Shown piece after piece: positions 40,036-48,800 of a stretch of DNA of 64,000 nucleotides; position 1 is the stretch's first letter, and every line of letters begins with the position of its first letter. The stretch covers positions 4,896,001 to 4,960,000 of the forward strand of contig OZ244561.1 in NCBI GenBank assembly GCA_965217585.1. The letters are read 5' to 3'. The translations under genes and the position numbers were made by a program. The notes under the pieces are model-generated. The model saw only the letters and a program-made list of their open reading frames with translations. It did not search any database and was not told the origin of the DNA. The stretch is from Candidatus Latescibacterota bacterium. GTDB taxonomy: Bacteria > Latescibacterota > UBA2968 > UBA8231.

Positions 40036-40560
40036 TTCACACTGGACAGGATAGCCATGTGATACCCGCGAACCCGTTGGCGAGCTTTAGGGTGCTCTTT
40101 ATAACCCTTGAGGCATACTTCGTAGACGACTTCATTGAGGCTGACCAACAGCGCCTGCAAGAGCGGGTTGCCGGTCGCCGTTGCGAGGCCTGAATGGAAG
40201 GCCACATCGGCTCTGGCACATTCCTCGTTGGTCGCACTGGATTCGGCGAGCACTTCTATAGTAGCTTCGAGCGAGCGGATATCGCCCTCGGTGGCCCGTA
40301 GGGCAGCGAGGGCGCTGATCTCAGGCTCTACTATGTTCCGTGCCTCGATCATGTGTTCTGACTTCGCCAAGGAGAGCGCCGTCGCGCGATCACGGATCCG
40401 GGCCAGAATTTCGCTCAGGCCCATCAGCGCCTCTACGTGCAGACTATCCGAGCGAAGAACCATTTGGAACTGATCCATCGACCGATCCGTTTGCCCCAAG
40501 TCGAGCAGCACGCGGGCAAGCAACACCCGGGTCTCGAGATCTCCGGGATGCTCGCGCAGT
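40036..40560 (-). pseudogene. TPR fragment fused to a GntR FCD-domain fragment
   Basis: HPGDLETRVLLARVLLDLG followed by EARNIVEPE.SALAALRAT...ADVAFH..LATATGNPLL. Confidence 0.65.
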
Positions 40561-40684
40561 CGTTGTCGTAGTCGAGAATGCCCTGAACCTGCTCAACGTC
40601 CCGACGTTCTATCAAAACGTGGTTCGAGGCATCATCCTATTGGCCGCCGTCATGCTCGATCAACTCAAGAACCGCGCGAGGTAG
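40555..40684 (+). pseudogene. C-terminal fragment of a ribose-type ABC permease
   Basis: NALNLLNVPTFYQNVVRGIILLAAVMLDQ. Confidence 0.75.
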
Positions 40685-40926
40685 CCCTCCGGCTATCCCC
40701 GGCGAGATTGACCACTCTGCGGGTTCTGAGATATATTGCGAGTCATGCCTGATCGTCAGCATCGAGGCAGTCGCTGGTACCGAGTTTCTGACGAACCTGC
40801 TGCGGCAATCACGGCGATCCTGGCTGTTGAAAGAGCTAATCCCGTCGGCGTGTCCGGCGACCCACTTTCTTTTTTGGCAAATCCCTCAGAGCTAAACCTG
40901 TATAATCGCTAGACAAGGAGCGCGAT

Positions 40927-42078
40927 ATGGACAAGGTGCGAATCGGCATTATCGGCCTCGGCGGCATGGGTGGCAGCCACGCCACTTATCTTTCCCAAGG
41001 CCAAATCGCCGGCGCGGAACTCGCGGCCGTATCTGACATCGATCCGGCCCGGCTCGCGGGCGTACAGGACAAATACGGCGCGAACGTGCAAGCGTTCGCC
41101 GGGGCCGATGCCCTGTTTGCGGCCCAATGCGTGGACGCCGTGATTGTCGCCACCCCCCACTACTTCCACCCGCCGCTGGTGATCCAGGCCCTCGAAAACG
41201 GCCTGCATGCGATGAGCGAAAAGCCGGCCGGGGTCTATACGCGCCAAGTCCGCGCAATGAACGAGGCTGCGGACAAAAGCGATCGGGTCTTTGGCATGAT
41301 GTTCAACCAGCGCGCGCGCGGCGAGCACCAGAAGCTGAAGTCGCTCGTCGAATCCGGTGAGCTGGGGCCGATTCGGCGCACGATTTACATCATCAACACT
41401 TGGTTCCGCGCCCAAAGCTACTACGATTCGGGTGGCTGGCGGGCGACTTGGGCCGGCGAGGGCGGCGGCGTGTTGGCCAACCAGTGCCCGCACAACCTCG
41501 ACCTGTGGCAGTGGATCTGCGGGATGCCGCAGCGGGTGCGAGCCTTTTGTCGCTTTGGGCAATACCACGACATTGAGGTCGAAGACGACGTAACGGCCTA
41601 CGTCGAATACGAGAACGGAGCTACGGGCGTTTTTATCACTTCTACGGGCGAGGCTCCGGGGACCAATCGGCTGGAGATTTCAGCGGACCGCGGCAAGGTG
41701 GTGTTGGAGGGTGGAAAAATCACCTTTTGGCGCACGACGGAGTCGGCGAGCAAATTCCTCGTGGAGTGGCCGCATGGGTTTGGCAGCCCGGAAGTCTGGA
41801 AGTGCGAGATCCCAGGCGGCGGTGGCGCAGAGCACAAGGGGATTACCCAAAACTGGGTGCAGGCTATCCGCACGGGGGCACCGCTGTTGGCCGCGGGGAC
41901 CGAGGGGGTCAACGGCGTAGAACTATCCAATGCGATGCTGCTTTCGACGTGGACGGATGATTGGGTACCTATTCCAGTGGACGAGGATTTGTACTACGAG
42001 GAGCTGCAAAAGCGGGTGGCTAGCTCCACGGTGAAGGAGGGGGGCGGGCAGGTGATGGATGTGCAGGGGACGTTTTAA
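40927..42078 (+). CDS. Gfo/Idh/MocA oxidoreductase
   Basis: GIIGLGGMG, ATPHYFH, EKP, GGGVLANQCPHNLD; AAGGAG SD. Confidence 0.95.
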   Translation: MDKVRIGIIGLGGMGGSHATYLSQGQIAGAELAAVSDIDPARLAGVQDKYGANVQAFAGADALFAAQCVDAVIVATPHYFHPPLVIQALENGLHAMSEKPAGVYTRQVRAMNEAADKSDRVFGMMFNQRARGEHQKLKSLVESGELGPIRRTIYIINTWFRAQSYYDSGGWRATWAGEGGGVLANQCPHNLDLWQWICGMPQRVRAFCRFGQYHDIEVEDDVTAYVEYENGATGVFITSTGEAPGTNRLEISADRGKVVLEGGKITFWRTTESASKFLVEWPHGFGSPEVWKCEIPGGGGAEHKGITQNWVQAIRTGAPLLAAGTEGVNGVELSNAMLLSTWTDDWVPIPVDEDLYYEELQKRVASSTVKEGGGQVMDVQGTF

Positions 42079-42141
42079 TACGAAAAAATTTACCCGCCGC
42101 TGGTTTGGATTTTGGTCGGCGGCCCACGATAAGGAGCGAAC

Positions 42142-42927
42142 GTGAAACTTGCGTTGATGCGAGGAGACTTGCTGTCGCCGGCAGAAATGCGGCCCGAGGG
42201 GTTCGAGGCGGTGCAGATGTTTTTCGGCTGGGGAGCTGACGAGGATGCGCAGGATCCGTCGGCGGAAGATATCGATAAAGTTCTACAGGCGGCTGATATC
42301 GCGCTGGCGGCGATGACCTTGCACGTCGATCTGGTCGGGCCAAAAGGCGCGGTCCAGGACGATGTCGCAAGGCTGGTGCGCTGCGTGGAAAAGACCGCGG
42401 CGCTCGACGGGCGTTTCGGCGACAACGCACAGCCGGTGCTGGTGTGGCATCCGTCGGGCTATCCAGAAGAGGGTGTTGACGATCGGGCGGTGTTTGAGGG
42501 GTTATGCACAGGGCTGGCGACGGCCTGCGCGGCGGCAGAGGAATCCGGCGTTGTCATCGCGGTGGAAATGACACGGGGGGGGAGCATCGACGGGGCGGAG
42601 CGCTTTTTGCGGGTGCAGGACCGGGTGGGGTCTGCGGCGCTCAAAGTCTGCATGGACGCGGCGAACTTCGCGCCCGACCGCACCCCGCTGGTGCGCGCGG
42701 TGCGGATGCTCGGCCCCGACATCGCAATCGCCCACGGCAAGGATGCGCGCTTTGCCGAGAATGGCGAGGTGACCGACTACGGGCCGACGGGGTCGGGATG
42801 CTTGGACTATCCGGCCTATATCGGCGCGTTGCAGGAGTGGACGCAGGTGCCCTATTTCGTCTTTGAGTACTACAAAAGTCGCGATGACATGTTGAAGGCA
42901 CGCGACATTGTGCGGGCCTGTTTGTAG
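42142..42927 (+). CDS. Sugar phosphate isomerase/epimerase (TIM barrel)
   Basis: IAVE, MDAAN, AHGKD, GSGCLDY, FEY. Confidence 0.85.
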   Translation: MKLALMRGDLLSPAEMRPEGFEAVQMFFGWGADEDAQDPSAEDIDKVLQAADIALAAMTLHVDLVGPKGAVQDDVARLVRCVEKTAALDGRFGDNAQPVLVWHPSGYPEEGVDDRAVFEGLCTGLATACAAAEESGVVIAVEMTRGGSIDGAERFLRVQDRVGSAALKVCMDAANFAPDRTPLVRAVRMLGPDIAIAHGKDARFAENGEVTDYGPTGSGCLDYPAYIGALQEWTQVPYFVFEYYKSRDDMLKARDIVRACL

Positions 42928-42968
42928 AAAGGGCTTTCAGCCTCTTTTAAAATCGACGGACATACACT

Positions 42969-44039
42969 GTGAAAGAAATAGCCTGTGCAAATTTCTATTC
43001 TTGGTCCATCTTCAGCCAAGAGCGCCAGATCGACTTCAACGGCCATCTGTGGGTGCGTGAAGAAGGCAATGTCCTGATCGATCCGGTGCCCATGACAGCG
43101 GCTGACTTGGATCAGTTCGACCAATTGGGTGGGGCCGCTTGGATCGTGCTGACCAATCGCGACCACGAGCGCGAAGCTGCTTTTTTTCGGGACCGCACCG
43201 GTGCCCGCATCGCCGCCCATCGCGCCGACGCCGACTTGTTTGAGCAGCCACTGGACCGTCGGCTGGACGACGGCGAGGAGATCGTTCCTGGGCTCCAAGT
43301 GGTTCATTTGGCACACGGCAAGAGTCCGGGGGAAATCGCCCTGTACTGGCCGGCCCTCAAGCTGATCTTGGCTGGCGATCTGGTCGTCGGTGCGCCGCTG
43401 GGCCGCATTACTTTGCTACCGGACGCTAAGCTAGCTGATCCGGCTCAAGCTGCCTTGGATCTGCGCAAATTGCTGCAGCTCGACTTTGACGCCCTGTTGA
43501 TGGGCGACGGCCATTCCATTCTGCACGATGCTCGCCGACTGTTGCTCGAATGCTTGGAGGAACGGACCGACATTTACATCAACAAGATCAATATAGAGGA
43601 TATTCCCTGGACGCCGGGGGGGGGACCTGCGGGCTACCGCTGGGAGATCAAGGATATTGACCCGCTCATCGGCGGCCAGCATTTGGGCTACTGCCTCTTC
43701 CGCCTGTCCGCTGGCCAGTCGATCTGTCCGCAGCACTTTCACCACTTTGAAGAGGAAATGTTCTACATCCTCGAAGGGTCCTGCACGCTGGTCGGCCCCC
43801 GCGGTCCAGTGGCGGTGGAACGGGGCGACTTTATCGCCTTCCCACCCGGTCCCCGCAGCGCCCACAAATTCACCAACCAAGGCCAGCAGCCCTGTGTGGT
43901 ATTGGCCTTGAGCAATGTCCTGCCGCACGATTTGACCCAATATCCCGATTCCGACAAAATCAACATCCGTTCCTTAGACCGACAGCGCATTTTCCGCCGC
44001 GCCGATGCGGTGGATTACTGGTCGGGTGAAACCGCTTGA
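42969..44039 (+). CDS. Metallo-beta-lactamase-fold and cupin fusion protein
   Basis: LIDP..LTNRDHER..GDL..GDG followed by HFHHFEEEMFYILEG...GDFIAFPPG..AH. Confidence 0.8.
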   Translation: MKEIACANFYSWSIFSQERQIDFNGHLWVREEGNVLIDPVPMTAADLDQFDQLGGAAWIVLTNRDHEREAAFFRDRTGARIAAHRADADLFEQPLDRRLDDGEEIVPGLQVVHLAHGKSPGEIALYWPALKLILAGDLVVGAPLGRITLLPDAKLADPAQAALDLRKLLQLDFDALLMGDGHSILHDARRLLLECLEERTDIYINKINIEDIPWTPGGGPAGYRWEIKDIDPLIGGQHLGYCLFRLSAGQSICPQHFHHFEEEMFYILEGSCTLVGPRGPVAVERGDFIAFPPGPRSAHKFTNQGQQPCVVLALSNVLPHDLTQYPDSDKINIRSLDRQRIFRRADAVDYWSGETA

Positions 44040-44064
44040 TTGCGATCTTTAAAGTGAGGGCAAC

Positions 44065-44814
44065 ATGAGCAATTTTTTACGACTCAATCTGCGTTCCCAG
44101 CGCCTTGCCCAAGACGAGGGCGACTACGCTATCTGGCGGGTGCAAACCAGCACCCAAGAGTGGGCAACGGACCAAACCGCGCTCTTGCTCTGCGACGTGT
44201 GGAACGGCCATTGGTGCCGCGGTGCGGTCGAGCGTCTCGACGCTATGGTCGAGCGCATGGACGCGGTAGTCAGAGCGGTGCGTGCGGCCGGTGGCCTGAT
44301 CGTCCACGCGCCTTCGGATACCATGGATTTTTACGCCGATGCGCCGGCGCGCCAGCGCGCGCTCGCAGCACCCCAAGTTGCGCCGCCGCTCGACGCCGAG
44401 CGCCCAGATCCTCCCTTGCCGGTGGATGCCTCAGATCACGGGGCGGACACGGGCGAGACCGAGACCCACAAGGCTTGGAATCGCCAGCATCCGGGGATTG
44501 GGATCGACCAAGAGCGGGATATTATTTCGGATAAGGGGCCGGAGGTGTATAGCTACTTACAGCACCAAGGGATTGCACATCTGCTGATTATGGGCGTCCA
44601 CACCAATATGTGCGTTTTACACCGAACCTTTGCCATCAAGCAGATGGTGCGCTGGGGGGTGGATGTGGCGCTGATCCGCGACTTAACCGACGCGATGTAC
44701 AATCCAGCCATGCCGCCCTACGTCAGCCATGACGCGGGCACGGGCTTAGTGGTTGAGTTTATCGAAAAATTCTGGTGTCCGAGCGTGGAGAGTAAGGATG
44801 TAATCGGGGAGTAA
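44065..44814 (+). CDS. Isochorismatase-like cysteine hydrolase
   Basis: ALLLCDVWNGHWC, HAPS, GVHTNMCV, RDLTD. Confidence 0.85.
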   Translation: MSNFLRLNLRSQRLAQDEGDYAIWRVQTSTQEWATDQTALLLCDVWNGHWCRGAVERLDAMVERMDAVVRAVRAAGGLIVHAPSDTMDFYADAPARQRALAAPQVAPPLDAERPDPPLPVDASDHGADTGETETHKAWNRQHPGIGIDQERDIISDKGPEVYSYLQHQGIAHLLIMGVHTNMCVLHRTFAIKQMVRWGVDVALIRDLTDAMYNPAMPPYVSHDAGTGLVVEFIEKFWCPSVESKDVIGE

Positions 44815-44889
44815 AATTGCGCCCCGTTAATCAAGTCGCCTATGTCCAGGCGACTCGCACCTAAAAGCAAACCCAAAGGAGGTGCTTTT

Positions 44890-45786
44890 ATGCGACTCAT
44901 CAGTGTGTTTTGCCTCATGCTGGCTTTTGTGCTGGCCGGAAGTGCCCATGCCCACATCGGCGAGAAGGTCTATCTGATCTTCGAGATCCCGGATGCCGAT
45001 TTGGGGGATCTCGACCTCTTCGATGGGGACATCTCCGACTGGGAGGATGTGGTCGGCGACGCTTCACTTAGGCCTGATGACTTTTTTGCCGACCCGACTG
45101 TCGGCGACGGTGCCCAGTACGATCCAGCCGATATGGACTACCGGGTCTGGCTGGGCTGGAACGACACCAACAACCGGCTCTACCTCGCGGCCGAGCGCAC
45201 CGACAATGTGTACATCAACGAGTACGCCGGCGGCCAGCCCGCCTCGGTGTGGCAGCACGATTCGATCGAGTTCATGGTGGATGGCGACCACTCCGGTGGC
45301 CAGTACAATTTCAACAACGACGAGACCATGACCGACGAGGAGAAGGCGCTCAATCAGAACCGCCAAGCTCAGAAGTGGAACGCGATTTTCGACGTGCCCG
45401 ATGGGCGGTTTTTGGGCTATCCCGGCCGGGCCGATTGGCTCAACGCGCCACCCTTGAGCGATGGCGGCGGCAAGTCGGTCGGCGAAGGGCCGACTGTCTC
45501 GGTGCTGGAGATCTACGTCACACCCTACGACGACATCGTCTTCAGCGACGAGGCCGCTAGCGTAGCCACCGACTTAGAGGTCGGCAACATCATCGGCTTA
45601 CAGATCGCCATGCCGGACTTCGACACCGCTCCTCAGGAGTACCGGGCCTACCACACCCTCTCCGGCCAAGCAGCGACCTTCCGCTTTGCCGAGCGCTTCG
45701 TCGATGCCCAGCTAGTCGGTGCCGACGACGCGACCGCGGTGGCTGACCGGTCATGGGCGCGGATCAAGGCGAGTTTTAGCGAGTAG
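44890..45786 (+). CDS. Secreted acidic CBM9/DOMON-like protein with C-terminal SWARIKA motif
   Basis: AAGGAGG SD, signal peptide, DG.ISDW, DSIEFMVDGDHSGG, TAVADRSWARIKASF. Confidence 0.8.
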   Translation: MRLISVFCLMLAFVLAGSAHAHIGEKVYLIFEIPDADLGDLDLFDGDISDWEDVVGDASLRPDDFFADPTVGDGAQYDPADMDYRVWLGWNDTNNRLYLAAERTDNVYINEYAGGQPASVWQHDSIEFMVDGDHSGGQYNFNNDETMTDEEKALNQNRQAQKWNAIFDVPDGRFLGYPGRADWLNAPPLSDGGGKSVGEGPTVSVLEIYVTPYDDIVFSDEAASVATDLEVGNIIGLQIAMPDFDTAPQEYRAYHTLSGQAATFRFAERFVDAQLVGADDATAVADRSWARIKASFSE

Positions 45787-45799
45787 GCTTTTTGCTTTT

Positions 45800-45849
45800 T
45801 ACCCCCTGCGCGAGAGGTAGCACCTTTCGCGCAGGGGGTATTTTATTTT
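45800..45849 (+). terminator. Rho-independent terminator
   Basis: TACCCCCTGCGCGAGAGGT-agc-ACCTTTCGCGCAGGGGGTA followed by TTTTATTT. Confidence 0.85.
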
Positions 45850-45892
45850 AGAAGCCGTCTGCGCCCCAAGAGCGAACGGTTTCTAAGGGCCG

Positions 45893-48800
45893 ATGTTATC
45901 GACTCTTTTGCAAATAACAACACCTAACAAAGTCATCGGCTGGACGGCCGTTGTGCTGGGGCTGTTTTGCGGCCAGGTGGCGGCGCAAGCGGCGGCTCGC
46001 GTTGAAGTGCCCATTTTTGAGGGCGGTGCGGGATTGGACTTTTTCTTTTTTGCCGCGCGCGAATACGAAAAGGCCCGTCCCGATGTGCAGGTTGATCTCT
46101 ATGGCGACCCGCGCATCGCCGATAAGGTGCGGGTGCGGATCCTCGAAGGGACGTTCCCGGAAGCCAGCAACGCGGGTCTCAACTACTGGGCGCTGATACG
46201 CAACGGCGAAATCCTGCCTCTCGACGACTATCTGGACGGGCCGAGCTGGGATGGGGACCGGACTTGGCGCGCGTCCTTCCTGCCCGGCAGCCTCGACCGC
46301 TATGAGCACGAGGGCAAGATCTACGGCATTCCCTTCCTCTATTCGGTCTATGCCGTCTGGTACAACAAGAACATGTTCAAAGAGCACGGCTGGGCACCGC
46401 CGCGCACTTGGGACGAGTTTTTCGCCCTCTGCGAGCAAATCCGCGCAACAGGAGTTTGGCCGCTGGCCTTTCAGGGGCGTTATCCAGGCTATATCGGCGG
46501 CGTGACCGACAACGCCTATTATCATCTCGCTGGCCGGACGCGCTTCTACGAGCAGAAGGAGTTGGTGCCGGGCAGTTTCGCCAATCCCGAATACGTGACG
46601 GCGCTCGGGCTTATTCAGCGCACGGCGCAGGAGTACTTCCAGCCCGGTGCCCTCGGCATGAGCCACACTGAGGCGCAGCTCGAGTTTTTCTTGGGGCATA
46701 CCGCGATGGTCTTTTGCGGCTCTTGGCTCAAAAGCGAGATGATGGGCAAAATCCCCGACGGCTTCCGCTTGGGGACGTTTAATTTGCCCGTGGTCGAGGG
46801 CGGAGCCGGCGAACCCGGTGCCATCTATACTGGTGCCGGGTATTACTTTGTCTTCAGTGTGAGCTTAAAGTCGCTCATGTCCAGTGAAAACAAGAACTTG
46901 CAGTCTTGTTTTCTTCATTAGTATGCAGATGAATCTCCACATCCCCTTGCGTCCTGAGTAATTGGGAGGTCTGAAACAGGGATGGAAAAGCCTAATGTCC
47001 AACGAAACTACTATCGTGGGACAGGGCAAGGAGAAGTGAGAAAGGGTGAACGGAAGTGAATCTGTATAGGCTTCGTAACGATTAACCGCCGAAACAGTAG
47101 TTGATTACGGCGGACGGGCTAAGAAATCGGCTGCGTCTCAGGCCGATGAAGGTCAAACGTGCTGAAGAGCGTTTGACTGGCATACCAAGGCCCCGGAGTA
47201 TTTGCAGGCACCCGACCCTCACGTTTCTGGCATGTGCGGAAAAGCGGAACACCATTGAGGTCTGTGGGAAACAGAAGATAAAAAGATGCCCAGATTGAAC
47301 AAAAAAAGAGGCAGGGGTGTTGACAATGACATCCCCCACCTCTCTTGCTGTTTAACTGAAAGAGGTCCCGGAACCTTGATTAATTTGAGTGGTCATAGCA
47401 CTCAAATTCAAGTTACCCGTGAGCCTGTAGGAGATGGGTTGATTTCTCAAAAACCCCATCAACTCCACTCGTTGATTAAACGGAGTAGAACTACTTATTC
47501 ATCCTCCTCCTCTTGGTCATCATCCAAGAGGGATTGGGCGGCTAACGTAGCTCCAACTCCAATAGCGAGCGGAATACCTACGGCAGCAATAAGCGGTATC
47601 GAGAGAGCCTTTCCTATAAAAGGTATCCCGACTATTGCAATATTGCCCAAGGACATAAAAAATCCTCCTCTGACAGTAAAAGCTGGTGGATAAAAGTGGC
47701 GAAAGGACGGCCTTCGCCACACCCGCCAACTGAGAACGAAGGACAAGAACGACCATACGGTCAGACTTGTCAAGTTCTTGACAGCTTCAATCTCTGGCTC
47801 TTTTGATAACTCTCTGACTACCATAGTAACCCAACCGCAAGGGAGGCTGAATCCCTCAGTGGTAACAGGATGTCCCAAGATGCGAAAGCCCGCAGCCGAA
47901 AGGCACCGGAAATACATAACCGGCGGGATAGGGCAATACCCAACGCGAAAGCGTGCGGACGTGGGACAGGTGAAACCGTCCATAAGGTTGCAGAAGTAAC
48001 CTTGAATCAGAAAGGAGACGCGCAGATGGGATACCCGAGCGATCCACTGAAACTAACTCGATGGAACGACATTGACTGGTTCAACACCATCGACGCAGTT
48101 AAAGGCTTACGACAGCAAATCTTCAGGGCGTCTAAGTCAGGAGACAAGAGGAAACTCAAGTCTCTGCAACGACTGATGTTGAAAAGCAAGGCCAATGCCG
48201 CTGTCAGTGTCCGGCAGGCCACGCAAGTCAACAAAGGTCGGGGAACACCGGGAACCGACGACCGTATTGCTCTGACCGGCGAGTTGAGAACTGAGTTGAT
48301 GCACGAAATACTGAGCATTGACGACTGGACTCCACAGCCAGCCAGAAGGGTCAACATCCCGAAGGCCAATGGCAAAACCAGACCATTAGGCATTCCAGCT
48401 ATTGCCGACCGCTGCAAGCAGGCGATGGTGAAGAATGCGCTTGAACCCCAATGGGAAGCCCGGTTTGAACCCTGTTCATATGGGTTCAGGCCGAGCCGAT
48501 CCTGCCATGATGCGATTGGCCGCATTTTTCGCGTAGCCCTCCCACACGGAAATAAAAAGTGGGTGGTCGATGCGGATATAAAGGGAGCCTTCGACAACAT
48601 CAGCCACGAACACCTATTAGACCAGTTGCAGGGTTTTCCAGAACTCGGACTGATTGAAAAGTGGCTCAGAGCTGGTGTGATGATAGAGGGCATCTTTCAG
48701 GAGACAGTAATGGGAACCCCGCAAGGGGGTGTTATCAGCCCGCTACTGCTCAACGTAGCTTTGCATGGAATGGAGGATGCGGTAGGGGTGCGTTACCAGC

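Noticed and set aside
40787-40835. Hammerhead-like CTGACGA...GAAA
   Set aside because: Stems II and III cannot be formed convincingly
46857-46921. C-terminal tail of ORF 45893-46921 (and the N-terminus of ORF 49710)
   Set aside because: Both are read-through into intron RNA, not protein
47657-47983. Longer 162-aa version of the antisense ORF
   Set aside because: Runs antisense through conserved DII/DIII RNA; the only strong SD precedes ATG 47656
47870-48025. N-terminal extension of the RT ORF
   Set aside because: Overlaps intron domain III; the SD supports ATG 48026
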